From Neophaeotheca triangularis (lineage: Eukaryota): a stretch of 64,000 bases of DNA. The notes under the pieces are model-generated. The model worked only from the letters and a program-made list of their open reading frames with translations. It did no database searches and had not been told where the DNA came from. The stretch covers positions 62,001 through 126,000 of the forward strand of contig BAAIJX010000031.1 of NCBI GenBank assembly GCA_054600435.1, written 5' to 3'. Positions 47,927 through 58,666 of the stretch are shown here, piece after piece. Made by a program: the position numbers and the translations under genes. Within the stretch, counting starts at the first letter, position 1; each line of letters begins with the position of its first letter.

Positions 47927-49610
47927 TCAGTAATGATCCGACAATGTCAGTGTGCCAGTCTTGGTAACCATGTACTCCTGAACAGCGACATCCTTCCCGG
48001 ACTCCTTTCCATAGCCCGACTCCTTGATACCGCCAAACGGACTTTCAGCCGCAGAAGAGTTGCCAGTGTTCATACCTAAAGACATCAGTAAAGAGTCCCG
48101 ACGACTTTATCAAGCATTGACTATACTCACCAATCATACCCGCCTCCAAATTCTCCAATAATCTCCAAGTGCGATCGACGTTCTTAGTGAAGAAGTAACT
48201 CGCCAGGCCCATGCTGGTATCATTGGCCAGCTCTACCGCCTCATCCTCGGACTCAAACTCGAAAAGCGCCATCACTGGAGCGAAAGTCTCCTCGCGGGAG
48301 ATCAACATGCTCTTATTCGCGTGCGTGATGATTGTCGGCTCGAAAAAGTACCCATCGTACCCCTTGGTGCCATGCAAGCTCTTGCCGCCGAGCACGACTT
48401 GCCCGCCCTGCTTTTGCGCGTCTTCGACCTGCGCCGCCGCTTTGTCGAGGCTTCGAGCTGTCGTTACAGGGCCCATGGTTGTGCCTTGTTCGTTGCCGTG
48501 TCCCACAACCAGCGCGCGCGTCTTCTCGGTTAGGATCTTCGTAAATTTCTCGTAAATGCCTTTTTGGACGTAAACTCGATTGGCGGTGATGCATGCTTGG
48601 CCGGCGTGGCGCCATTTGAGCGCCATCAGAGCATCGGCGGCTTGGTTGAGATCGGCGTCGTCGAAGATGAGGAAGGGGCAGTTTCCGCCGAGCTCGAGGG
48701 TTACCTTTTTCAAGCCTTCTGAGGCGAGTCTGGCTACCAGCTTGCCGATGCGTGTGCTTCCTGTGAAAGTCACCTTCTTCACCAGCGGGTGGCGGATCAG
48801 GGACTCGCTGAGCGCAGGCGTTGTTTCCAAGCTCGTAGGCATAACACTCAGGACGCCCTTAGGAAACCCGGCTTTCTCGGCAAGGTACGCAAGGGAAAGG
48901 ACCGAGAACGGAGTCTCTGGCGACGGCTTGACGATCATGGTGCACCCTGCCGCCAAAGCAGCACCCGCCTTTCGTAAGATCATAGCCTACCAAAACACAT
49001 CAGTACCACAACGAGCACGGAAACTTCTTCGTCCAATCACGATCAACTCACCACAGGAAAATTCCACGGCACCAACGCCACCGCGACGCCAATCGGCTGC
49101 TTCACAGTAAAAACCCTCCTCCCGGGCGCAGCGGGGACTTGAATCGTCCCTTGCACCCTCTCCGCCTCACCGGCAAACCACCAAGTAAACCCCAGCGCAT
49201 AGTCCAACTCCCCCTGAGCTTCGGCATAAGGTTTCCCCGTCTCAAAAGTCACAATGCGCGCGATGTCGTCGCGGTTCTCGCGGATGAGCGAGTCCCACTT
49301 CAGCAGCCATTGCGCTCTTTGGCGCGGATTGGTTTTGCGGTAGCTGTTGAAGGTTGCGTGGGAGGTTTCGCAGGCGTTGTCGACGTCTGAAGGCCCCATG
49401 TCGGGGGCTGTGGCCCAGGTTTTGCCGCTGCCCGGGTCGTAGACATCGAAGCGGTTGCTGGTGGTTGATTCGATCCATTGGCCGTTTACTAGAGCTTGTG
49501 TGCGGAAAAGGTCTGGGTTATTCAGCTGGGGGGCGGTGTTAGCTTTGGGGGGTGGTGTTGGATGGATGAGGCGATGGTACTTTGAACGGGAGGTCTTGTG
49601 AGTTAGTCAT
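47927..49610 (-). CDS. UGA2: Succinate-semialdehyde dehydrogenase (NAD(P)+), ALDH family; exons 49610-49581, 49525-49052, 48986-48131, 48075-47927
   Basis: PWNFP, KPSPETP, FTGST, LELGGN, catalytic GQACITANR, EETFAP and SPFGGIKESGYGKE. Three GT-AG introns keep the frame. Confidence 0.88.
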
Positions 49611-50125
49611 ATTGGTTGGCTTTTTGTCTTTCGTTGGTTTTCTCTTTCGTTTCTCAAGTCCTCACAGTTTTGTTTCGATCGATCAATGCTGATTGTTTCG
49701 ACAGAGGAAGAAGCAAATTGTGTTGACTCGACCTTTACTATGTACCTTTCGCATAGCTCACATCCACAGCCGTTGTCGCTGCGGGGTTGATGTGCTGCCC
49801 CACCTGCTTCGGCTTGTGTGTATGGGGCCCGGAAATAAGAAGACTGCACTTCATACCACTCGGACTTGCGCTTTGATCAAACGACGAGAACACCCGAGCT
49901 TGTATTGAATGATCTTACATCGGCGTAGGCCCCCTCATTCTTCAGGTCGCATTCAACTGCATGCGTCTTCCGGCAGTGTACAGCCGTCGTGCATGCGGCA
50001 CTCAAAAGGGATGTGAATACCAGGTCGTAGACTGCGACTCAGAAATCTGGAACAAGTTTACGCTCGAAAGAACAAGACAGATATCTGAAACAAGATTCAA
50101 GAGCTCTATGCTGCCAGTACTAGCC

Positions 50126-51082
50126 CTATGCGACTCGACCAGTGTCTGTCTGCGGGAGAGGTGGAGGGGGCATCGTTATCTTCGCCATGCCCACAGCAGT
50201 CAGTGCGAATATCAACGGAGCAGAATCTTTGGCGTGTTCGATGCATATCGCCATCTGAGGCTCCGTCGCGCTCGATCCAAGGGTCTGCAGGGCGGCCGCC
50301 ATAAACGTGGCGATGCACCCGATCAAACTAGCTTGCGTGATGAAGACCTGGGGCTCCGGAGCTTGTTTGCCGAGCGCATGGAGAAGATTAAGCCCTAGCG
50401 AGAACCACAACCACAGCGCTGCTCGGATGGCAGCTTCATCCTTCGCTGTCGGTTGGCGGACGATGAACCAGCAGAGGCTTGCTGCGATGGTGAGATATGC
50501 CAGCCACGTCGGGTAGGAATGCGAACGCTTCGAATGCCGCCATAACACTCCTCCGGCCGCGCCAATAAGGCAAAAGAACGGTATCAATGCCCAAGTGAGC
50601 CGCGTGCCTTCAATCCAGGCCTGATCAATGGGGTCGCTGATTCTCGAAGAATATCTCGGGGCGACGAGTTCTGTCGACAGTGCGGTGGGTTGCATGCTTT
50701 CGTGAGGAATGACGGCGGCATTGGCTCCTCCGAGAGTTCCCAGGACGCAGAAAGCAAGGCTGGTGAATACGAACGGGCTACGATGCTTTAAAGATGGTCG
50801 GGCTCCATGGCTACTGTGAGTTTGATCCAGGACGTTCTGGGATCGGTTGATGAAGTTCTCATCGCGAGCCCCAGCTTTGATTTGGTCCAATCGGCGACGG
50901 TAGGTCTTGAAAATGATCGAAGCGGCAAGAGACGAAGTGTTCCATATTCTATCAACAGACTTCATTTCAATGAGGCTGGCGTTCCAATGGAGTGCTTTCG
51001 CGTGGAGTCTGTGGGGTCGTCGAAGCAAGAGCGAAATATCATGCACAGAGAGCGTAACCTCTTGTTCGCGTCCTTGATGCAA
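50126..51082 (-). CDS. Hypothetical multi-pass membrane protein (about 5-6 hydrophobic segments); start uncertain, first in-frame ATG about 50965
   Basis: 318-codon open frame with TM-like stretches FVFTSLAFCVLG, WALIPFFCLIGAAGGVLW, WLAYLTIAASLCWFIV, ALWLWFSLGLNLL and LIGCIATFMAAAL. Confidence 0.6.
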   Translation of the reverse strand: MHQGREQEVTLSVHDISLLLRRPHRLHAKALHWNASLIEMKSVDRIWNTSSLAASIIFKTYRRRLDQIKAGARDENFINRSQNVLDQTHSSHGARPSLKHRSPFVFTSLAFCVLGTLGGANAAVIPHESMQPTALSTELVAPRYSSRISDPIDQAWIEGTRLTWALIPFFCLIGAAGGVLWRHSKRSHSYPTWLAYLTIAASLCWFIVRQPTAKDEAAIRAALWLWFSLGLNLLHALGKQAPEPQVFITQASLIGCIATFMAAALQTLGSSATEPQMAICIEHAKDSAPLIFALTAVGMAKITMPPPPLPQTDTGRVA

Positions 51083-51531
51083 GTTACGGTGGTGGCAACA
51101 GATCTAGGTTTGAAGTGAATCCCTGGTTGAAATTTAAATGATAACGCGACTACTCGCGGACGACGAAGGGGCTGGAGGTGAGCAAAAGGGCAAGCCAAGC
51201 ATCATGGTTGGAGCTCTGAGCTGTCACGTGCGGCCGAGTAGAGTGGGATTCTCGACCCGCGAAAGCTGATTGCTGTGATTGGATGCCCTGCGTTGAAGAT
51301 GCGGCATGATGTCCTCTTTTCATAAATCCATCCTCTCCTCTCCTCGTTTGTTGAAATCACTTGACCCTCGCCTCATCGCACGCATATCTCGCACATTCAG
51401 TGAAAGCTGACAAGCTGTTGTGTCTGGCTAGGTGATCGCTGCCTGCCTCTCCAGCTTCGACCTCAAAATTACCTTACAATCTATCGAAGCTGTCCTGGAA
51501 TCCGATCTTCAAGTCGATAAAAAGATTCGAT

Positions 51532-52209
51532 ATGACTGTTATAGGCCTTCCGAGCGAGCTATGCCGGGATCAACGCTACGACCAGCCAAAGACATCGACT
51601 TGTAGCGACGACCTCGAAGCGCATAGTGCGAATCCTCGAAAAAGGGCTTCGGCAGTATTCACAACTTCCGCCAAAGTCTTGATCATCATTGCACTGACTG
51701 CACCACTGTTCTTACTTCGACAAAGATGGCCTCCGCAGGGACGGAATGTTTGTCAGAATTACTCTCTTGGGTTTGATCGCCTCCGGTCCGCCGGACACAC
51801 TATTTCAGAGCCTACAACGAAGCTTCCGCATTCGACACTTTGCAGTCCAGTCTCCCAACAAAAGCCGATGGGTCTGGATTTTCTCGTCGCATACATGGTT
51901 TCTGCGCTTCTGCTGCTGGCGTACCGTGCGCTAAGTACAACTACAACACATCAGAATGTTCCGATAGCCAGCGCCGTTGGGGGAGTGGCAGCCTTCTACC
52001 TCGTCCAAGGCTCGTGGGAACATGGTGCGGACGTCTTTGCTATCGTTGCTGCGATGATTCCACTCGGGATCACAGTTGGCCTCGTTTGCAGTGATGTCGC
52101 CATGGTTTTCCGTGAACATTCCGGAAGTGCGAGGAATTGGCTGAATGCACGCGAGGCTGCGAGGACGTCTACGGGAGACTTGAGCCTGGAGAAAGCGGTT
52201 TCGGAATAG
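51532..52209 (+). CDS. Hypothetical membrane protein, 225 aa, about 4 TM segments
   Basis: ATG-initiated ORF with hydrophobic stretches VLIIIALTAPLFLL, FLVAYMVSALLLLAY, IASAVGGVAAFYLV and VFAIVAAMIPLGITVGLVC. Confidence 0.6.
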   Translation: MTVIGLPSELCRDQRYDQPKTSTCSDDLEAHSANPRKRASAVFTTSAKVLIIIALTAPLFLLRQRWPPQGRNVCQNYSLGFDRLRSAGHTISEPTTKLPHSTLCSPVSQQKPMGLDFLVAYMVSALLLLAYRALSTTTTHQNVPIASAVGGVAAFYLVQGSWEHGADVFAIVAAMIPLGITVGLVCSDVAMVFREHSGSARNWLNAREAARTSTGDLSLEKAVSE

Positions 52210-52636
52210 TCAAGGACTCTCTGCTGGGGCCTGCAAAATCCGTTCAATGTGTGCTTGGCTTTGGAGGCTATGTTCAGAAAAGGCCGTTTCTGAGCACAAC
52301 AGGTAGATCGCGAATAAGGAAGCCATGGAGTTTTATATCCTTTGCGGCTTCCCAGATGTTCAATCTGACTTGTCGTCAGCACTTCCGCTTCGGATGAACC
52401 AGGCCTGGGTATATAGAGGCCAGGTTTCGTGAAGAAATCATGATCTGTTGAAGGTACAGACGTTCCACCATAGCCACAGTCCCAGGAAGAGTTCTCTGTC
52501 TGCTAATTCAGCCTCTGGTCCAAGCCAGAACTGTTTAAGTCACATACTAATGAACTTGTGACTTTCCGAGAGTGCTCAAGGAAATAATTTGTGTGGATTA
52601 ATCCGTCCATAAGCCAGGCGCGTTTGCGCGAGCCAA

Positions 52637-52942
52637 TAGTGAATGTGCGCCATGGTCGTGGTCGTCTTGAGGTGGAGCAGGCGGAGCTGCTTATGGCCTA
52701 TTAGGTGGTGCCATTGAAACCGAAGTCTGTCCGTCGTGGTAACCAGACGACCAAGGTGGTTGTCAGGTTGACACCGCTCAAAATGGTATGGTGTATGCAC
52801 TAGCGGACAAGTGAGCATTCTGAATGGCTACTCGAGCACTTGCTCTAGCCTCATGTATCCTCGACACCTTGACCGACCTGCTTTACTACTTGACGCACCT
52901 GCTCCACCTCGAGACGACCACGACCATGGCGCACATCCACTA
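52637..52942. repeat. 45-bp inverted repeat pair (2 mismatches) around a 216-bp spacer, TA at both outer ends; MITE-like or hairpin RNA
   Basis: Left arm 52637-52681 tagtgaatgtgcgccatggtcgtggtcgtcttgaggtggagcagg. Right arm 52898-52942 cctgctccacctcgagacgaccacgaccatggcgcacatccacta. Confidence 0.85.
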
Positions 52943-53247
52943 ATGTGAACTCTCACTTCACAGCACTGTTCCGAAGAAGAGCCGTGATGGCGATGGTGAG
53001 GTGAAGTTGGGCTAAAGTAATGTTCGATGTCGCATCATATAACGTGAGGTTCACGGTGTAGTTGAAGTAAAGATACAGAGTAGGTTTGCAACTAGGAACG
53101 AAGCTTCAACGGGAGCTGGCTCGAGCGTCGGAAAGCGTCAACTCCCCCTCGAGCCCATCTCCAATGTCCTGCATACCCCATCACTAAACCGGCTCAAGAA
53201 ACCCCCAGCTCCTAACCGCAGCACCAAGATCCCCCTTCCAACCCACA

Positions 53248-53511
53248 ATGTCACTCTGGCAGTAAGTCCCTCACTGCCTCGCCCACGAAACTCTCCCCAA
53301 CCACTAACCACCCACTACCCACAGATCTTACCGCACCCTCACCCCCCGCACGCGCCTCCTTTTCGGCAGCGGCCTGATCGCCTACGCTTTCTTCGGACTC
53401 TACGCTTCGGACAAAGCGGAGTCCGCACTTGGGTACACGCCTAGCGAGGAGGACAAGCGGAGATTGAGGGATGCGGTGCCGAGGATTAGTGCTGTGGAGA
53501 GGGATGGGTGA
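53248..53511 (+). CDS. Small 66-aa single-TM protein; exons 53248-53261 and 53325-53511
   Basis: Intron 53262-53324 is GTAAGT...ACTAAC...CAG. Spliced product MSLWQSYRTLTPRTRLLFGSGLIAYAFFGLYASDKAESALGYTPSEEDKRRLRDAVPRISAVERDG. Confidence 0.8.
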
Positions 53512-54958
53512 AGAGGGGGGAACGTGCTGATGTTTGAATTTGGAATTCCTTGGTGGGATGGATGGAAGAGGGCAGGGGGGATTAAGGGTTGGGTGGACGC
53601 TGGTTTAGGGGAGCAGTGCGATCGACTTTAGGGGCCCGGAGAGGGGATGGATTGAGGCTCTTGTTGGCCTGGCTAGTGACCATTTGATGGACTCACTCGA
53701 GGGGCTGGTGGTGATTAAGCCGCTGAGACCGCAGACCGCAGACACGTGCTCTGTGGGTATCGGGCGGCTCGGGACCGCTCCATCCCCGCTTCGCCTACGA
53801 TCAAGGCTCAACTCAGGTGGGCAAGTTTCCCTTGCAAGAGATAGCGGGGCTTCCAACGGCAAGAAAGAGCTCACACTTTAGGCTAGATCGATAGGAAATG
53901 GGATCAGGGGCTGTTGCTGGAACCGTGCTGGCGGACCTTGCATTTGATAACGTGGGACCTAAAAGATAGGGGCACTCGATTGCAGAGCTGGTTGAGGACG
54001 GAGTGGGGGGCTTCGGCGGTGCGCCACTGCGTTACTCTGAAATTTTGATACTGGGAAATGCGAACCGGCACTTGCATGCTGGCTAGCGACTGGATGGACG
54101 AGAAGCTAGGCGAGGGACGTAAGTTTTGCTGGACCAGAATATGCAACTTACCCTTACTGGGAGATGTGCCCTGTTTTGTAGCACTCGTGTATGAATGAGT
54201 CTTCGAAACCGCCAGATGACATGGGCTTTCAATTGTCTTGTTCGGTCATATGTCAAGACTGTGCTCGTGATGTTCAATGTGCCCCTGTCGATCCGATATT
54301 TCCCCTCAGCACTGCAGCTCTTCCCCCCCCCCCCGTGTGAAAAACAATTATAAGGACCCAATATTATCTGCAGCTTGTCTACAGCGTAGGAACGCAGCCT
54401 CTAACAAAAAGTTAGCGTACGAACGATAAAGTTCACTTCACGACCAAACCATCAAACCAAACCCTAACCCTAGCAAAATGCCCTGACGCAACCAACCCCG
54501 AAGCAGGAAACGCACCCAGAGAAAACGAGGAAAGCCTTCTAGTAACATGATCGTCGTTGACACGGGTATCTATACTCTTCTCTACAGTCCTCGTAACCAG
54601 AAACCATCAGCCACAACTCCCGTATCTCCCTGCCTACCACCCCTTAAACCCCTGAACAAGATGAGGACATCCTGTTCCTGTTCCCGTTCCCGTTGGTCTG
54701 ACCTAGCCTAAAGACCTCGACGTCGATTCAACAGTCAATACAGCACAGTCCGCCAGAAACTACTCATGCCCCCCGCCCCACTCCGGCCCAACGCCCAAAT
54801 AAACCTCGAGTCACGAGCCCGAAGCCTCCATCCCCTCCTAAGACCCCTCTTTCTCCAACTCACCAAGTCTTTGAAAAGGTAACATTAGCGTACACCTAGA
54901 ACCAAGACGAACCGTCGCCCATCCAATGAACCATCCCACCCCGCCCCAGAATCCTCCC

Positions 54959-57900
54959 TCAATCCCTCTCACTCCCCTCCCCAAAATCCCCTCGTCTCCC
55001 AGTCTCGCCCCTCCCCTCTCCACTCACCCAACTGCCATCCTCCTGCCCCGCCCCCCGAGCAAAAGGTAGAACCCCCGTGGCGCTCCAAACGGGCAACTTC
55101 CTCGCATCTTTTCTCTCGGGCGAAATAGCACCGAAGCCGCCTGAGAACTGGCCTTGAGCCTGAGCTTGCGCATTCTCGTTTTCATGCAGGAGTTGGCGGG
55201 CAGCGCTGTCCGGGATATGTGTTGGGATTGCTGAGGGAGTAGAGGATGTAGGCGCGGTGTAAGGTTGGGTTGTGGACGGGGTGGTGTGGGCTGGGTTTGA
55301 AGGGACTGGGGGTGGTGTTGAGGCTGTGGTTGTGGGGGATTGGGGGTTGAAATCCAGGGGCTTTGGGATGGGAGTTGGGACGATTTGGGCAGTTTCTGGA
55401 GCCTTGGCGGTGGGTGCGGCGTCAAGGGTCGTCGTTTCGGTCCGAGCGGGCTGTTGTGCCAGAGAAGAGCCGACATTACTGGCGGCGCCGGCCGCACCAG
55501 TATGCGGCATAATATCCGAGCTCGCAGTCTGCTGAGCCGTCGGCGCCGCTTCAGCTAGAGCAGCAGCTTTGCCACCCGCTTCCCTAGCCCTTCTAGCTTC
55601 CCGATCCCTAGCCTCACGATTAACCCTCCTGGTCTCTGCCCCCTTCACAGCCCTCGCGCTCCTCTCAGCCCTCTCACGTTCCAACCTCTCCCTAACGCGA
55701 CGATCGTGCTCTTCCCTTGGCGGCACTTTAATGGAAATGCGCTTCATACCTGTCGTTAGAGCGTCGAGAGGATCGCTATGAGTGGCGGAAGCCGTGCTAG
55801 TGGTGGGAGCAGTGGGCGCGGTATGCGTGGTTGGAGGCATTGTGGGGCGAGGTGCGGACGCAGGGGCCTTAATACTGGGGTTAGAGGTGCTCGGGTGTGA
55901 GGAGTTGCTGGTGGGTGTGGTTGAGGGTGCAGGTGATTTGCGCGGTTTAGCAGGTGCGCGAGGTTTTCTGGCTTGGGCGCTTGCCGTTGCCGCTGCTGCG
56001 TTGGACGGTAGAGGCGGGGGTTTCATGGCGCCCTTAGCCGCGGCGAAGTTTGTCGTCGTCGGAATGGACGGCACAGGTGGCGTTTGCGAGGAGCTGTTGA
56101 GACCTCTATCGGGAAGGGAGCTGATGTTGGTGTTGACGCTTGAGCGCCTGCTTTGGTTTGATGTTTGTTTCTGCTGCTGTTGTTGGGGAGCATGGGCTAC
56201 ACTTTCACCCGCTGAAGGCATGTCTGCGATGGTGATGCGTCGGCTCGACCGGCTGACGGAACGCATGCTTTCCAAGTCGTCGCTGTGCGCTGATTCTGGA
56301 ACTGAGGGCGGAGGCGGTGCCTGTACTTTGTTGCCCCGATCCCGCAATTTCATCGGTTTGATGGCATCTTCCGATGACAGGGCGGGCATGGCGGACTGGC
56401 GCTCTTTCTTCGTGCGAACAGGCGCTAGTTCTTCTGGAGTGAATGACTTCGTTTGCCGGTCCGTCGGAATGAGGAGTTTGCTCAGCTCTTGCGTTGCCAC
56501 AACCCAATCGACTTCGGGAGGAGGAGGTGTTGCGGGGCGTGCTGGCCTTGGGACTTCGCGCATCGTTCCTGAGAAAGAACGGGCGAATTGCTCCGTATCG
56601 CGGACTTTGTAGGCAAACGACTCGGTCGGTGTGGCGTAGGTTGGTTGCGCCCCTGTGCGAACTTTTTTCGCTTGAGGGGGTGGCGGAGGGTTGATCTTGT
56701 TCTCGAGAGCCGTGAGGTATTCTGGGGACCACCAGGTTTTGTCGTAGCAGAGGGGTGATGTGTGCTTGTTGTGATTCATGGACAGTCCCGCCATTGAGAA
56801 TGCGAGCCCGTCGTCTCCGCCGTTTGCGTGTGACTGTTGCTTAATACCTTCGGCAGGGGATGCACAAAGACCAGCGATGTGGCTCAGGGCACCGCTGCAC
56901 AAAGCTCGATCGCTGTAGCCGCCTTCTAACACACTGACCATCCTCCCATCGCAGGCCGTGTCCTCTTCTTGAGAGAGGGCCACCAAATCGCGAGTAAAGC
57001 GAGCATAAAACTCAGTAGGCACATTGACCTTGTGCCTCTGCATACCCGAGCCCTCCCACTCCGACGCATCAAAGCCCGCAGAGATGAATATTGCAGCCTT
57101 GGGAGCAACTTTTCCTTCTTTCCAAACACGCTGGGCCTGCTGCCGCAGAAAGGCCCGCGCCTTCTCGATCAAGACTTTGTAGCGCGTCTCGTACAGCTCC
57201 CAAAATTCCTGCTCGCTCTTCCAGGGCTGCAAATGCACGTTCCAAACATTCTGACCGTGCGAGTTCTCGATACACAGGCTCGCGGCCTGCACCTTTTCAT
57301 CGTCGCCCATTTCGCAGGGATATGAGTTGATATCGTGGAGCGAGTAGTATCCAATGTCAGGGTTAAGTTTCAGCTTCTGGTTCGGCCTTGCACTGATTCG
57401 CTTGACGTTGTTGGCGCTATTGCGTTCCCACGTTATAGCCTGGCTGCCGTCACCGTGATGCAAGTCAAAGTCCAAAATGGCTGCGTGGGTAAGGCCGTGT
57501 GTTTGTGCGGCATATTCAATACCGACGTGGACGTTGTTTAGCCAGCAAAAGCCGCTTGGGTGGTCTGCAGAGCAATGATGCCCTGGTGGACGAACTGCCA
57601 CGAACGTTCGCTTTGTCGGGCCTGGGTCGAAGACAGCGTCTACAGCATCTGCAACACCTCCCAGAGCCCCTTGAAAAGCGTTCAAAGACTCTGGAGACAA
57701 GTAGAGGTCGCCTTCGTGCAGCGTACGTTTCTCCGACTCCATCTCGCCCGGACCAATGATGCGACTCAGCTCCTTCTCGCCTGCCGCGAGCTTTCCGCCT
57801 GCCAACTGACACATCCCACCAAGCTCGTTCATCCACGCCGTGCCATGAACGTTCGTCACGCACGAGGAGGTGATGTCCATCGAACGCTGCGTCCTCCGGA

Positions 57901-58666
57901 TCTTGAACGGCGGCGGTTCGCTCGACTTCTTCTCCATGGATGGCGCATTCCTGGCGCCCTCGTAGTGCTGTCCCATCCGCACATACGCTGCAGACGCACC
58001 CAAAATATTCGCATGTATACGCTCCGGCCTCTCCACAATCATCGAAAGCGTACTCTTCGCGGTCTTTTGTCGTGAATAGCGGTGACCGTAGCATGCGTCG
58101 TGGATGATGAAAGCAGTCTCGGCTTCCACACCAGGCTGGCTATGCGCCAAAAGTTCCTGGGTGAAGTGTTGTATGGCGATCTGCGGGGCAGTCAAGGCTA
58201 CAGGCTCCTCGATTGATTCCATGGTGGTACGGCGCTCTCTCATACCCGCGATGAGGTTTGAGATTGACCTCTTAGGTGTGGGCCGATTGTCCATTGTAGC
58301 GGGGGAGTCGCCGTCCAGGGATGTGCGTGAGGATTTCCGATTGAGTTTTGGAGAGGAGCTTTGCTTGCCTTTGGCACTCATGGCGCTGGAGGTGCGGCGG
58401 ATGTCGGGGGTACGTGGTGAGTTTGCGTGGTCGTTGGTGGGGGTTGCATTGGAGAAGTTTTGTTGCGAGGCTCGACGGCTAGATGTACTGGCCATTCGAG
58501 GGGTAGGCGGTGCTGAAGAGAGCGGTGAGTTTGTTCCAGAAGTCATGATGCGCGTCGCAGTTTGTGGTTCGGGCGTGTCTACCATTCCCAAGTGAGATAT
58601 GCCTGTCTCTGCTGCTCGTTGTCTTGCTCCGTCTGCCTCGCGATCCCCTGCTCCGTGAGGCTCCAT
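54959..58666 (-). CDS. HOS3: Histone deacetylase, Hos3-type; exact C-terminus uncertain
   Basis: HDAC motifs VERPERI, RPPGHH, GFCWLNN, DFDLHHGDG, SAGFDA and VLEGGY, with long disordered N- and C-terminal extensions. Confidence 0.9.
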   Translation of the reverse strand: MEPHGAGDREADGARQRAAETGISHLGMVDTPEPQTATRIMTSGTNSPLSSAPPTPRMASTSSRRASQQNFSNATPTNDHANSPRTPDIRRTSSAMSAKGKQSSSPKLNRKSSRTSLDGDSPATMDNRPTPKRSISNLIAGMRERRTTMESIEEPVALTAPQIAIQHFTQELLAHSQPGVEAETAFIIHDACYGHRYSRQKTAKSTLSMIVERPERIHANILGASAAYVRMGQHYEGARNAPSMEKKSSEPPPFKIRRTQRSMDITSSCVTNVHGTAWMNELGGMCQLAGGKLAAGEKELSRIIGPGEMESEKRTLHEGDLYLSPESLNAFQGALGGVADAVDAVFDPGPTKRTFVAVRPPGHHCSADHPSGFCWLNNVHVGIEYAAQTHGLTHAAILDFDLHHGDGSQAITWERNSANNVKRISARPNQKLKLNPDIGYYSLHDINSYPCEMGDDEKVQAASLCIENSHGQNVWNVHLQPWKSEQEFWELYETRYKVLIEKARAFLRQQAQRVWKEGKVAPKAAIFISAGFDASEWEGSGMQRHKVNVPTEFYARFTRDLVALSQEEDTACDGRMVSVLEGGYSDRALCSGALSHIAGLCASPAEGIKQQSHANGGDDGLAFSMAGLSMNHNKHTSPLCYDKTWWSPEYLTALENKINPPPPPQAKKVRTGAQPTYATPTESFAYKVRDTEQFARSFSGTMREVPRPARPATPPPPEVDWVVATQELSKLLIPTDRQTKSFTPEELAPVRTKKERQSAMPALSSEDAIKPMKLRDRGNKVQAPPPPSVPESAHSDDLESMRSVSRSSRRITIADMPSAGESVAHAPQQQQQKQTSNQSRRSSVNTNISSLPDRGLNSSSQTPPVPSIPTTTNFAAAKGAMKPPPLPSNAAAATASAQARKPRAPAKPRKSPAPSTTPTSNSSHPSTSNPSIKAPASAPRPTMPPTTHTAPTAPTTSTASATHSDPLDALTTGMKRISIKVPPREEHDRRVRERLERERAERSARAVKGAETRRVNREARDREARRAREAGGKAAALAEAAPTAQQTASSDIMPHTGAAGAASNVGSSLAQQPARTETTTLDAAPTAKAPETAQIVPTPIPKPLDFNPQSPTTTASTPPPVPSNPAHTTPSTTQPYTAPTSSTPSAIPTHIPDSAARQLLHENENAQAQAQGQFSGGFGAISPERKDARKLPVWSATGVLPFARGAGQEDGSWVSGEGRGETGRRGDFGEGSERD

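Noticed and set aside
54460..54472. AACCCTAACCCTA as a telomere remnant or telomerase RNA template
   Set aside because: Only about two repeat units inside an A/C-rich skewed tract, with no recognisable pseudoknot or other telomerase RNA elements.
54838..55027. Possible terminal intron in HOS3 (GTGAGT at 55027)
   Set aside because: The candidate branch point and acceptor are poorly spaced and the spliced product is not more convincing. Left unresolved.
55782..56612. Long antisense or alternative-frame ORFs (this one, also 59033-60088, 7791-8591, 5283-6011, 63466-63993)
   Set aside because: They are shadows of GC-rich real genes on the opposite strand or frame, with no independent motifs.
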